Positions 9,410 to 18,737 of a stretch of 64,000 nucleotides of DNA are shown in pieces. How positions within the stretch are numbered: the first letter of the stretch is position 1; every line of letters begins with the position of its first letter. Origin of the DNA: an uncultured Chloroflexia bacterium (lineage in GTDB: Bacteria; Chloroflexota; Limnocylindria; Limnocylindrales; CSP1-4); contig CAVVJT010000010.1 in NCBI GenBank assembly GCA_963748625.1, positions 1,088,001 to 1,152,000 on the forward strand. Reading direction: 5' to 3'. Under the pieces are notes generated by a model. The model was not told the origin of the DNA, searched no databases, and worked only from the letters and a program-made list of their open reading frames with translations. The position numbers and the translations under genes are program-made.

Positions 9410-9697
9410 TCAGGCCGGCTTGAGAACCTCGAGGGCGGCGCGGGCCCCTGCCTTGTCGCCGAACCACTGCGCGTTGATCGGCGAGTAGCCCGCCCACTCG
9501 GCCGGGACGCTCTCCTCGGGGAAGATGGCGTTCACCGGGCACTCGGGCTCGCAAGCGCCGCAGTCGATGCACTCATTGGGATCGATGTAGAGCATCCGGT
9601 CCGTGCCCTCGTCCTGGTGGATGCAGTCCACCGGACACACGGACACGCACGCCGTGTCCATCACATCGACGCAAGGCTCGGCGATGACGTACGTCAT
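9410..9697 (-). CDS. fdxA: Ferredoxin (FdxA-type dicluster)
   Basis: MTYVIAEPC..DTACVSVCPVDCI and CIDCGACEPECPV. Confidence 0.9.
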   Translation of the reverse strand: MTYVIAEPCVDVMDTACVSVCPVDCIHQDEGTDRMLYIDPNECIDCGACEPECPVNAIFPEESVPAEWAGYSPINAQWFGDKAGARAALEVLKPA

Positions 9698-9880
9698 GTT
9701 GGGAAGCTCTCCTGAGTGTGGTTGCGCGTCCTCGGGCGCACGGGCGACCCATGCACCACGGGGAACCTTACCACCGGCCGGGCACGCTCCGGTGGACCGA
9801 AGGGCACGTCAAGCGGTGGCGGATGGTCCCGTCCCACAGGCGGACCGGACGGTGGCTCGCCCAAGGTGCGCGTGTGCGGC

Positions 9881-9964
9881 GTGGTCCGTGCGCTCCGGTC
9901 CGTGCGTGGTCGTCCGTGGCGTGGTCGTCCGTGCGCTCCGGTCCATGCGTGGTGGTCCGTGCGC
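9881..9964. repeat. Degenerate direct repeats (gtccgtgcgctccggtcc.tgcgtggt)
   Basis: Two near-identical ~27-bp copies plus shorter gtggtcgtccgtg units in the intergenic region. Confidence 0.6.
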
Positions 9965-10193
9965 GGCGTGGCGCGTACATCCGCCCGCCGGGCGGGCACT
10001 GTGCGCGGAATCCTGCGCAGGCTGACCGCCCCGCGGCAGGAATGGGCCGTCCAGGGCCAGTTCATGCGACTCCTGCCCGGAACGCGGCAAGACTGCGCAG
10101 TTCTCTGCACGCAAGGCCCGCTGGGCGGGAGGCGGCGATGGCGCGCACTCCCGTTCGGGAGGCGACGGCTCCGACGGCGGAGCGACCGGGCCG

Positions 10194-10793
10194 TCAGGGC
10201 GTGATGGCGGACGCTGAAGGCGACGCAGACGCAGCGGGCTTGGGGATCGGGTTGCCGGCCTCGTCCACAAACCGGACCGGGACCACCATGCCCTTCGCCC
10301 AGTGACCCGGAATGTGGCACCCCACGAACCACCCCGTCGGATCCGACGCGGCATCCGCCGGAACCGTCCAGGTCACGTCGAGCAGCTCTCCGGAACCCGC
10401 GACCACCCGTACGCCGTCGAAACCCGTGGGGTCGGGCACGAAGGGCGTGGGTCCGGGCGGGGCGTCGATGGTCACGAGCTCCGCCTCCTCCCATGCGAGC
10501 TGGCTGTCCATGTCACCGAAGATCGCCTCGTGGATCACCAGGCCGCCGTTGATCACGTTGAGCTTGACCGTCTCGCCGGGAACCAGGTCCACCGTGAGGG
10601 GCACGTAGGCGTAGTCCCGCATGATCAGGTTGAGCTCGCGCGGGGCGCCGCTGGTCCCCGGCTCGATCGGCGGGGTCGGGGTGGCGCTGCCCGCACCGCA
10701 GCCGGCCACCACCAGGCCTGCGAGCACGACCAGGCCGGCAGGTCGCCAGGCGGTGGACCCGGGCAGGCGGCGGGGACGGGACACGATGTGCAT
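10194..10793 (-). CDS. Cupredoxin (blue copper) lipoprotein, auracyanin/plastocyanin-like
   Basis: Lipobox VVAGC; type-1 Cu ligands IHEA ... CHIPGHWAKGM. Confidence 0.85.
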   Translation of the reverse strand: MHIVSRPRRLPGSTAWRPAGLVVLAGLVVAGCGAGSATPTPPIEPGTSGAPRELNLIMRDYAYVPLTVDLVPGETVKLNVINGGLVIHEAIFGDMDSQLAWEEAELVTIDAPPGPTPFVPDPTGFDGVRVVAGSGELLDVTWTVPADAASDPTGWFVGCHIPGHWAKGMVVPVRFVDEAGNPIPKPAASASPSASAITP

Positions 10794-10914
10794 CGCCCAA
10801 TGATGCGGGAGGTGCGCGGATCAGGCCGGCGGCGACCCCTGCTCGTCAGGTGAGGTGGCCCTCAGCAGGGGTTGAGCGGCCACCGGCGCGCATGCGGGCG
10901 CCCGCGCCGCTCGT

Positions 10915-11022
10915 TCAGTGCGGCCATCGCTTCGCTCCGTCGACCACCACGGCCAGCGCCGGCAGGGCCAGCATCATCCAGGCTGCGGCCGCCCCGAGGG
11001 CGCGCCGGTACCTCGTGCGCAT
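10915..11022 (-). CDS. Small 35-aa hydrophobic peptide (DGAKRW family, copy 2)
   Basis: MRTRYRRALGAAAAWMMLALPALAVVVDGAKRWPH*. AAGGAG SD 8 nt before ATG; paralog at 3167-3262. Confidence 0.75.
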   Translation of the reverse strand: MRTRYRRALGAAAAWMMLALPALAVVVDGAKRWPH

Positions 11023-11121
11023 TCGTCCGTCTCCTTGTGCCCGCTCGCGCGGGCGATCCGCCCCACCCGATCCCTTCCATGTGCGCCCGGACCGGTCGTG
11101 GGGAGATGCAGCATGAGAGGG

Positions 11122-11143
11122 GCGGCTTATGCGCGGCTTATGC
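11122..11143. promoter_or_regulatory. Perfect 11-bp tandem direct repeat, candidate OmpR/PhoB-type operator
   Basis: gcggcttatgc-gcggcttatgc in the divergent intergenic region between the small peptide gene and the DksA-like gene. Confidence 0.5.
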
Positions 11144-11188
11144 AGCACACGCCGGTGCTGTGGACAGCGCCGGAGTACGATCCCGCCC

Positions 11189-11533
11189 ATGGACCAGCCG
11201 ACCCCTTCGCCCGATCCCCGGACCGCCCTCCTCGCCGAGCGGGAACACGTCCTGGCCGAGCTGGCCGAGAACGAGATCGAAGCGCCGGGCCAGATGACCT
11301 ACGGTTCGCAGGCCGCAGCCGCCTCCCACGTCTTCGAGCAGCAGCGCGACCTCGCGCTTCGCGACCACAACCGCGCCCACCTTGCCGACGTGGACGCAGC
11401 CCTCGCCCGGCTCGACGCCGGCACCTACGGCCGGTGCACCTCGTGCGGCAACGCGGTGGCACCCGAGCGCCTCGAGGCGCTGCCGTGGGCGGCCCTCTGC
11501 ATCGACTGCAAGAGCGCGAAGGGCCGCCGGTGA
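11189..11533 (+). CDS. TraR/DksA C4-type zinc finger protein
   Basis: AALARLDAGTYGRCTSCG...ERLEALPWAALCIDC. Leaderless-type start 7 nt after TACGAT. Confidence 0.9.
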   Translation: MDQPTPSPDPRTALLAEREHVLAELAENEIEAPGQMTYGSQAAAASHVFEQQRDLALRDHNRAHLADVDAALARLDAGTYGRCTSCGNAVAPERLEALPWAALCIDCKSAKGRR

Positions 11534-12571
11534 CCGAGCCCGGACCGGAACCCGCCGCGGCCGGACCCAACACCTTCCCCGAGACCCGCCTCGTCAGCAT
11601 CGACGACATCCGGGCCGCCGCCGCGATCCTGCGCGGCATCGCCCTGCGCACGCCGCTTGTCCCGTTCGGCCGCCCCGAGCGCCGGCAGTGGCTGAAGGCT
11701 GAATCGCTCCAGCCCATCGGCGCGTTCAAGCTGCGCGGCGCCTACCACGCAGCCGCCACGATGACGCCCGACGCGCGCGCCAACGGCCTCATCACCTACT
11801 CGTCGGGCAATCACGCCCAAGGCGTCGCCCGGGCCGCGCGCCTGCTGGGCGTTCCGGCTGTCATCGTCATGCCGTCGGACAGCCCCCGGCTCAAGCGCGA
11901 CCGGGTCGCCGAGGACGGAGCGGAGATCGTGATCGTGGGCACGGCGTCCGAGGAGCGCAAGCGCGTGGCGGAGGAGATCGCCGCCGCCCGCGGGCTCGCC
12001 ATCATTCCCCCCTACGACGACCCGCGGATCGTCGCGGGCCAGGGCACGTGCGGCCTGGAGATCGCCGAGGACATGCCCGATGTCGCCGCCGTCCTCGTCC
12101 CCATCGGTGGGGGCGGGCTGGCTGCCGGGGTGGCCGCCGCCATCACGGCGCTCGTGCCGGACGCGCGCCTGGTCGGCGTGGAGCCGGAGCTGGCCGCGGA
12201 TGCTCGCGAGAGCCTGGCGACCGGGCGGATCGTGCGCTGGGAGGCCGACCTCGTGAGCCGCACCATCGCCGACGGAACGCGGACACAGTCGATCGGTGTG
12301 CTGAACTTCGCCCACCTGTCCCGCCAGCTCGACGCGGTGGTGACCGTGTCCGAGGAGGAGATCGCGGCAGCCGTGCGGCTCGCGGCGGAGGAGGCGCGGC
12401 TGGTCGTCGAGCCATCGGGCGCACTCACGGCAGCGGCAATGCGGTTCCGGGCGGCCGAGGCGGGGCTGGACGGGCTCGAACGGGCCGATCGTGGGCGTGG
12501 TCTCGGGCGGGAACGTCGATCCGGACGCGTACCTCCGGTATCTCGAGGCGCCGATCCCGGCCGAGCGGTAG
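11530..12571 (+). CDS. PLP-dependent threonine/serine dehydratase family (fold type II); apparent +1 frameshift near 12480
   Basis: KAESLQPIGAFKLRGA, SSGNHAQG, GQGT, PIGGGGL, VEPSGA. Conserved C-terminal GPIVGVVSGGNVD lies in the next frame, ending at TAG 12569-12571. Confidence 0.88.
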
Positions 12572-12761
12572 GCCGCGGCGCGCCAGGACCACGGCACCAC
12601 GCGTGGTCCATACGTCAACGAAACCCCGCAAACGCGCCCCGGTTCGGCCCTCCAACCCGCCAGTTCTGCGCTTCCGTTGACTGCAGGTCCGCAGTTGCCC
12701 TGTTCGGGACGCTGGGCACCGCCTGAGGCGGGACTTCGTTGACCTGGAGTCCGCGACCCGA

Positions 12762-12890
12762 GCGTCGGGCCGGTCCCGGGCGTCGGGCCGGTCCCGGGCG
12801 TCGGGCCGGTCCCGGGCGTCGGGCCGGTCCCGGGCGTCGGGCCGGTCCCGGGCGTCGGGCCGGTCCCGGGCGTCGGGCCGGTCCCGGGCG
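12762..12890. repeat. Tandem repeat, 18-bp unit x7
   Basis: gcgtcgggccggtcccgg, 7 perfect copies; no spacers. Confidence 0.95.
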
Positions 12891-12912
12891 GCCTGCGCAG
12901 TCGTGGACTACG

Positions 12913-13518
12913 ATGGCCACCTTCCACCGTCGCGGGCCCGGCACCCCGCTGCCCGATCCACCCGGAGACACCACCATCCGCGCCACCCGCTCCCGGTCCC
13001 GCCTCCCCACCCTCCTCGCCCTCCGCGCCGCCGTCGCCCTCCTCGCCGTCGCCACGCTCGTCGCCGCGTGCGGCACGGGCAGCGACGACCCAAGGGCCAA
13101 GATCGGTCAGCCGGCCCCTGCCATCACCGCCACCACGTTCGACGGCACGAAGGTCGACCTCGCCGACTACCGGGGCAGGCCCGTCATCGTCAACTTCTGG
13201 GCCTCGTGGTGCGTCCCCTGCCGCGAGGAGTTCCCGTTGCTCGCGGAGCGACTCGCGGAGCTTGGCGCCGCAGATGACCTCGCCATCCTGGGCGTGCTGT
13301 ACAAGGACGAGCCGGAGATGGCCCAGCGCTTCCTCGACGACTTCGGGGAGGCATGGCCGACCCTGGCCGACCCTGACGGCGTGATCGCGGATGCCTATCG
13401 CGTGGTCGCCCCGCCGCAGACCTACTTCATCGACAAGGACGGCATCCTCCAGGCGATCCAGATCGGGCAGATCGACGCCGAGGACTTCGAGACGCAGTAC
13501 GCCAAGATCAAGCCGTGA
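12913..13518 (+). CDS. TlpA/ResA-like thiol-disulfide oxidoreductase lipoprotein
   Basis: Lipobox LVAAC; VNFWASWCVPCREE; PQTYFID. Start position uncertain. Confidence 0.88.
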   Translation: MATFHRRGPGTPLPDPPGDTTIRATRSRSRLPTLLALRAAVALLAVATLVAACGTGSDDPRAKIGQPAPAITATTFDGTKVDLADYRGRPVIVNFWASWCVPCREEFPLLAERLAELGAADDLAILGVLYKDEPEMAQRFLDDFGEAWPTLADPDGVIADAYRVVAPPQTYFIDKDGILQAIQIGQIDAEDFETQYAKIKP

Positions 13519-14588
13519 CCCCCGCCGCGGCCGGTGCCGCCGCAGCTGGTGCGGGCCTGTTGGACAGCGGGACCGTCGCCATCGAAGTCGAGGGCCTGCG
13601 CAAGTCGTACGGCCGGCGCGAGATCCTGGCCGGCGTCTCCTTCCAGGTCCGCCGGGGCGAGCTGCTCGCCCTCCTCGGGCCCAACGGCGCGGGCAAGACG
13701 AGCACCGTCGAGATCATCGAGGGCTACCGCCGCGCGGATGCCGGCACCGTCCGCGTGCTCGGCCTGGACCCGGCGAGAGACGCCCGTACTCTCCACGCCA
13801 GGATCGGGTTCATGCTCCAGGAAGGGGGCGTGGACAACAAGATCTCGCCCCGGGAGGCGCTGCACCTCTACGCACGGTTCTACGCTGACCCCGAGGATCC
13901 CGAGGAGCTGCTCGAGCTGGTGGACCTCGGGCGCGCGGCCGACACCCGGTACCGACGGCTGTCCGGCGGGGAGAAGCAGCGGCTCGGCCTGGCGCTGGCA
14001 CTGCTCGGCCGCCCGGAGCTCCTGGTGCTCGACGAGCCGACTGCGGGCATGGACCCCGCGGCCAAGCAGGCAACCCGCGAGCGGATCGCCGCCCTGCGTG
14101 CCGCCGGCACGACGATCCTGCTCACCACCCACGAGCTGGGCGACGTCGAGCGCCTCGCCGACCGGGTGGCCGTCCTCGACCGGGGGCGCCTGGTCGCCTA
14201 CGGGTCACCCGCCGAGCTCACCGGCGCCGCCGCGCCACGGGTCCGTTTCCGCCTGTCGGCACCCCTCGCGCCCGATGACCTGACGGCCCTCCCAGCAGCG
14301 CTCGGCGTGCCGGATGCCGCCGTGGTCGAAGCCGGCGCCGGGGCCCACTACGAGCTCACCGGACTGCCCGGCGTCCCGGACCCGCGGCTGGTCGCCGCGC
14401 TGGCCGCATGGTGCGCGGACCAGGGACAGCTGCTCATGGAGCTGCGCCTCGGCGGGGCCAGCCTGGAGGAGCGGTACCTGGAGCTGGTCGGGGCCGATGT
14501 CGCCGGTGAGGCCGTCGGCACGACGGAGACCGGAGCCCCGCGACCGGCGGAGGCCGACATGTCCGGTGAAGCGGGCGGTGCTGCATGA
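13515..14588 (+). CDS. ABC-2 type transporter ATP-binding protein
   Basis: Walker A GPNGAGKT, LSGGE signature, Walker B LVLDEP, LTTH. Confidence 0.93.
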   Translation: MTPAAAGAAAAGAGLLDSGTVAIEVEGLRKSYGRREILAGVSFQVRRGELLALLGPNGAGKTSTVEIIEGYRRADAGTVRVLGLDPARDARTLHARIGFMLQEGGVDNKISPREALHLYARFYADPEDPEELLELVDLGRAADTRYRRLSGGEKQRLGLALALLGRPELLVLDEPTAGMDPAAKQATRERIAALRAAGTTILLTTHELGDVERLADRVAVLDRGRLVAYGSPAELTGAAAPRVRFRLSAPLAPDDLTALPAALGVPDAAVVEAGAGAHYELTGLPGVPDPRLVAALAAWCADQGQLLMELRLGGASLEERYLELVGADVAGEAVGTTETGAPRPAEADMSGEAGGAA

Positions 14589-15382
14589 GCGAGCGCACGA
14601 TCGGCGCGGGCGTACCGGCCCGTCCGGCCTCCTGGGTGACCATGGCCGCGGCACTGACCCGCCACGAGCTGCGCGTGGCCCTGCGCCGCGGCGAGAGCCT
14701 CCTCGTCACGTTCGTGATCCCGGTTGGCGTGCTCCTCGTGTTCTCCACCTTCGACATGGGCGGCGGGGCAGAGGCGCCGACCGGCGTGCCCACTGGTGTC
14801 CAGCGCCTGCTCCCGGGGTCGATCGCGCTCGCGATCATCGCGGCCTCGCTCGTGTCGCTCTCCATCTCCACCGCCTTCGAGCGCCAGTACGGCGTCCTCA
14901 AGCGGCTCGGCGGGAGCCCGGCGGGCGCATCGGTCGTGGTGGCCGCCAAGACCGCCGCCGTCATCATCGTGGAGACGGCGCAGGTCCTGGTGCTCGTGGG
15001 TCTCGCCGTGGGGGCGCTCGGGTTCGTGGCCGGACCGGGGGCATCCGCGCCGCTCGTGGCAGCGGGGCTGGTGGCGGGCACGGTCGCATTCGCCGGGCTC
15101 GGGCTGCTCATGGCGGGGACGCTGCGCGCCGATGCCACCCTCGCCCTCGCGAACCTGCTCTTCCTGCTGGCGCTGGTGCTGGGCGGGATCGTGGTGCCGC
15201 TCGAGCGGCTGCCCGGCGCCGTCGCATCGCTCGCCGAGGTGCTCCCGGCGGCTGCGCTGGTCAAAGTGCTGGCGGTGGGGCTCGGCGCGATCGAGGCCGA
15301 TGCGACCGAGGCGCTCGTGATCCTCGCTGGCTGGGCCGTGGTCCTGGCCGTCCTCGCCGCCCGCAGGTTCTCCTGGGACTGA
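14585..15382 (+). CDS. ABC-2 type transporter permease
   Basis: About 6 TM helices; FERQYGVLKRLGGSP; ATGA coupling. Confidence 0.9.
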   Translation: MSERTIGAGVPARPASWVTMAAALTRHELRVALRRGESLLVTFVIPVGVLLVFSTFDMGGGAEAPTGVPTGVQRLLPGSIALAIIAASLVSLSISTAFERQYGVLKRLGGSPAGASVVVAAKTAAVIIVETAQVLVLVGLAVGALGFVAGPGASAPLVAAGLVAGTVAFAGLGLLMAGTLRADATLALANLLFLLALVLGGIVVPLERLPGAVASLAEVLPAAALVKVLAVGLGAIEADATEALVILAGWAVVLAVLAARRFSWD

Positions 15383-15735
15383 GCCCGCGGACACGACGCA
15401 ACCTGCAGAAACGACGGACCCCCTGGCCGTCAGGGAGAGGACGGCACAGGGGGTCATGCACCTCGTCCCCCCTCGCCCCGACCGGGGACTCGGGAGCGCT
15501 GGGCACTCGGTGGTCCGGGCTTGCGCCCGTCGCCATCCTCCCCGGATCTCCCGGTCGGGACGGACACCATCATCGGAGGGCGGGTCCCGGGTTCCATCGG
15601 CACCTGACGGCAGATCGCGCAGCATCCGGTTGCACGAAGGCGGCATCCGAAGCGCGCCGTCGCATGCGTGCCATCCGAAGCAGGTCCGGCTGCGAACCAG
15701 AGGGCACGTACCCATCCCGAGAGGTTCTGCCCGAC

Positions 15736-16536
15736 ATGCCCGCAACCAAGCGATCCGACATCACGCGCCAGGCCGTCACCGTCCTGGCCTTCCTGCTGAC
15801 GATGGCCGTCAACGTGGCCGCCAATGCCGTGCCGTTCAACGGCCAGACGACCCGGGCCATCAGCGACGGGTTCAACGTGTTCATCATCCCGGCCGGCTAC
15901 GTGTTCGCCATCTGGGGCCTGATCTACGTGCTCCTCGGCGCGTTCACCACGTGGCAGGCGCTGCCGCGCAACCGTGAGGACGCGACGCTGCGCCGGCTCG
16001 GCTACCTGCCCGCACTGTCGGGCCTGATCAACAGCGTCTGGCTCCTGCTCTTCCACTACAACGCCTTCATTGTCGCCCTTGGTGTGATCGTGGCACTCCT
16101 CGTGACCCTGATCGCCATCCACCTGCGCCTCTGGGAGCACCGCGCCCAGCTGCGCGGCACGCCGTTCTGGACCGTCCGCGTGCCCTGGTCCGTCTACCTG
16201 GGCTGGGTCACCGTCGCAACCATCACCAACGTCGCGCAGACCCTGTCATCCGTTGGGTTCGACGGCTTCGGCATTGAGCCAGCCCTGATCGCGGCCGTGG
16301 TGCTGGCCGTCGGCATCGCCATCGCGTCCACGTTCGTGCTCAGGTTCCGCGACGCCGCCTACGGCCTGGTGATCGTGTGGGCCTACGTGGGCATCGCGGT
16401 CAAGGAGGCCGACACCATGCTCGTCGCGGGCATGGCCATCCTCGGAGCCCTGATCGTGGGCGCGCTCGTGGTGGCGGCCATCGTCAGCAACCGCGCCTCG
16501 CGCGCGCGGCGTGTGGAGGCCCCCGCCGCCGCCTGA
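15736..16536 (+). CDS. TspO/MBR-related tryptophan-rich sensory membrane protein
   Basis: PAGYVFAIWGLIY, SVYLGWVTVAT, VIVWAYVGIA. Confidence 0.78.
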   Translation: MPATKRSDITRQAVTVLAFLLTMAVNVAANAVPFNGQTTRAISDGFNVFIIPAGYVFAIWGLIYVLLGAFTTWQALPRNREDATLRRLGYLPALSGLINSVWLLLFHYNAFIVALGVIVALLVTLIAIHLRLWEHRAQLRGTPFWTVRVPWSVYLGWVTVATITNVAQTLSSVGFDGFGIEPALIAAVVLAVGIAIASTFVLRFRDAAYGLVIVWAYVGIAVKEADTMLVAGMAILGALIVGALVVAAIVSNRASRARRVEAPAAA

Positions 16537-16615
16537 GCAGGCCGCCGGCGCAGGCACGGCAGAGGAGTGACCGCCGTCAGGGCACGTGGACGGCCGGATG
16601 GCCTATCCTCGGCCC

Positions 16616-17302
16616 GTGACCCGCGCCCACGCCGCCACTCTCGCGCGTCCCCACCTGGGCTCGCTCCGGTTCCTCGCCCTCGCGAGCCTCGGTGTCCTGG
16701 CCGCGCATGACGCGGTCTTCGTGGCCCAGTACGGCCTCGGGGCGGGCTACGACGCCGCGATGGCGCGGACCGCCCACGGCTACTGGCCGGCCTTCATCCT
16801 GCTCACGCTGCTCGTGGGTGCGGCGAGCGCGGTAACGGCCCTGCGCGCGATCACCCACCTTGCGCGGCTGGTGCGGGGGCTCCCTCCGGACAACCCCACC
16901 GTCGGAAGGCCTGCGTACTGGAGCGAGGTCCGCCATCTCTGGCCGCGGCTCTTCGCCGTGGTGGTCGTGGGCTTCCTCGTCCAGGAGAACATCGAGCACG
17001 TCACCAGCGGGAATGGCCTGCCCGGCCTCTGGGCGCTCTCCGCACCCGACTATCCGCTCGCCATCCCCGCCATCCTCGTGGTCACGGGCCTGCTTGCCGC
17101 CGCCGGCGCCTGGATCCAGTGGCGCCGCGAGGTCCTGATCGAGCGCTTGCGTGCCGCCCATGCCGCGGTCCTGCGCCAGCGCCACCACGCGGCCCGCGCC
17201 CCGCATGACCGGTGGGCCCTGCTCGCCGCGCTGCTCGTCCACCGCTGGACCCTCCTCCGTCGAGACGCCGAGCGGGCTCCACCGCTCACCGGCGCCGCCT
17301 GA
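16616..17302 (+). CDS. His-containing multi-TM protein with C-terminal RAPP motif (candidate arrest-peptide leader of copper chaperone operon)
   Basis: About 4 hydrophobic segments with AHD, AHGYW and QENIEH; ends ...RRDAERAPPLTGAA*. TATCCT-N6-GTG start. Confidence 0.7.
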   Translation: MTRAHAATLARPHLGSLRFLALASLGVLAAHDAVFVAQYGLGAGYDAAMARTAHGYWPAFILLTLLVGAASAVTALRAITHLARLVRGLPPDNPTVGRPAYWSEVRHLWPRLFAVVVVGFLVQENIEHVTSGNGLPGLWALSAPDYPLAIPAILVVTGLLAAAGAWIQWRREVLIERLRAAHAAVLRQRHHAARAPHDRWALLAALLVHRWTLLRRDAERAPPLTGAA

Positions 17303-17392
17303 GCCCACGGTCGCCCCATGGGGTCCGACCGTCTCCCTCGAGCGCACGTCCGGCATTCCGCCGCGTCGTACCGTCCACACCGGAGCAACCGC

Positions 17393-18049
17393 ATGTCCAG
17401 TCCCTTCCCCAAGGCGGGTCGCGCCGCCCGCATCGTCGCCTCGGCCGCCGTGGCGGCGAGCATGCTCGCCGCCTGTGCCGGGTCGTCCGGGACACCCATG
17501 CCGTCGGTGGTGATGGTCGAGACCGTGACGGTCCCCCCGATCGGCTCGCGCGAGACGGCCGTTGACCCGCCGGTGGCGGCACCGCCCCTGGTCCTGATCG
17601 ACCAGGACGGCAAGCCGTTCGACCTCGCCTCCCTCAAGGGTGACGAGCCCGTGTTCGTCTACTTCGGCTACACGCACTGCCCCGACGTCTGCCCCACGAC
17701 CCTCGCGGACATCCGCGCCGGGATCAAGGAGGCGGGCGTGCCGGCCAAGGTGGTCTTCGTGACCATCGACCCGGCCCGCGACGATGCGCCGGCCATGAAG
17801 CAGTACACGGGCTACTACGGCGACGGGTACATCGGGCTCACCGGCACGGCCGTGCAGATCGCTCGAGCGGCTGCGGACTGGGGCGCCAGCTACCGCCAGC
17901 TGCCGTCCGAGTCCGAGAACGGCTACGCCATGGCGCACTCCACTGAAGCCTTCCTGCTCGACGCCGACCTGATGCTGCGGCATCGCATCTTCTTCGGCGC
18001 CGGGCCCGACCTGATCGCAGAGAAGCTGCTCGAGGTCGCCAATCCCTGA
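17393..18049 (+). CDS. SCO1/SenC copper chaperone lipoprotein
   Basis: Lipobox LAAC; FGYTHCPDVCP; TIDPARD; distal His (AHS). Confidence 0.92.
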   Translation: MSSPFPKAGRAARIVASAAVAASMLAACAGSSGTPMPSVVMVETVTVPPIGSRETAVDPPVAAPPLVLIDQDGKPFDLASLKGDEPVFVYFGYTHCPDVCPTTLADIRAGIKEAGVPAKVVFVTIDPARDDAPAMKQYTGYYGDGYIGLTGTAVQIARAAADWGASYRQLPSESENGYAMAHSTEAFLLDADLMLRHRIFFGAGPDLIAEKLLEVANP

Positions 18050-18087
18050 CCGCCGTCGCGCGGTCCCTGCCCGAGGAACACGTTCCG

Positions 18088-18624
18088 ATGAAGCTCTCCC
18101 TTCCTGCCCGGCTGGCCGCCCTGCTCGCCGTGGTCGTCATCGCGGGCGCCTGCTCATCCGGGTCCGCCGGTGTCGCCGGCTCCGGGTCGATCGAGGTCAG
18201 CGACGCCTGGGCCCGCACGTCGCCGATGATCGAGGGCGCCGGTGCGGCGTACCTGGTCATCAAGAACACCGGCAGCGAGGCCGACGCGCTGATCGGCGCC
18301 TCGAGCCCGGCCGCCAAGACCACCGAGGTCCACGAGACCTACGTGGTGGAGGCGTCGCCCGCCGCCTCGATGGACGGCGGCATGGCGTCGCCGGCCGCGT
18401 CCACGGAGGCCGGCATGGGCTCCGGCGGCACGATGATGGGCATGCGCCCGATCCCCCGGCTGGACATCCCCGCAGGCGGTACGGTCGAGCTCAAGCCCGG
18501 CAGCTACCACATCATGCTGATCGAGCTCGTCGCGCCGCTCAAGGTGGGCGACAAGATCGACATCACGCTCACGTTCGAGAAGGCCGGCGAGATCAAGGTC
18601 ACCGCCGAAGTCAAGGACATGTGA
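18088..18624 (+). CDS. PCu(A)C copper chaperone lipoprotein
   Basis: Lipobox IAGAC; DAWAR, EVHET, Met-rich insert, LKPGSYHIML. Confidence 0.92.
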   Translation: MKLSLPARLAALLAVVVIAGACSSGSAGVAGSGSIEVSDAWARTSPMIEGAGAAYLVIKNTGSEADALIGASSPAAKTTEVHETYVVEASPAASMDGGMASPAASTEAGMGSGGTMMGMRPIPRLDIPAGGTVELKPGSYHIMLIELVAPLKVGDKIDITLTFEKAGEIKVTAEVKDM

Positions 18625-18737
18625 TCAGGCGCAGGACCCATCGGGGTCCTACGTCCCTGCAAAGCTCGCAGTCGTCGTCGCCGCCGTCGGGTCGTCCCGC
18701 GGCGGCGACGCCGCGTCCGGTGGTGCGCCGCCCAAGT

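Noticed and set aside
17276-17386. Anti-SD pairing between RAPP codons (gctcc) and the SCO SD (ggagc)
   Set aside because: Only 5 bp of complementarity in very GC-rich DNA; not significant without folding or covariation analysis.
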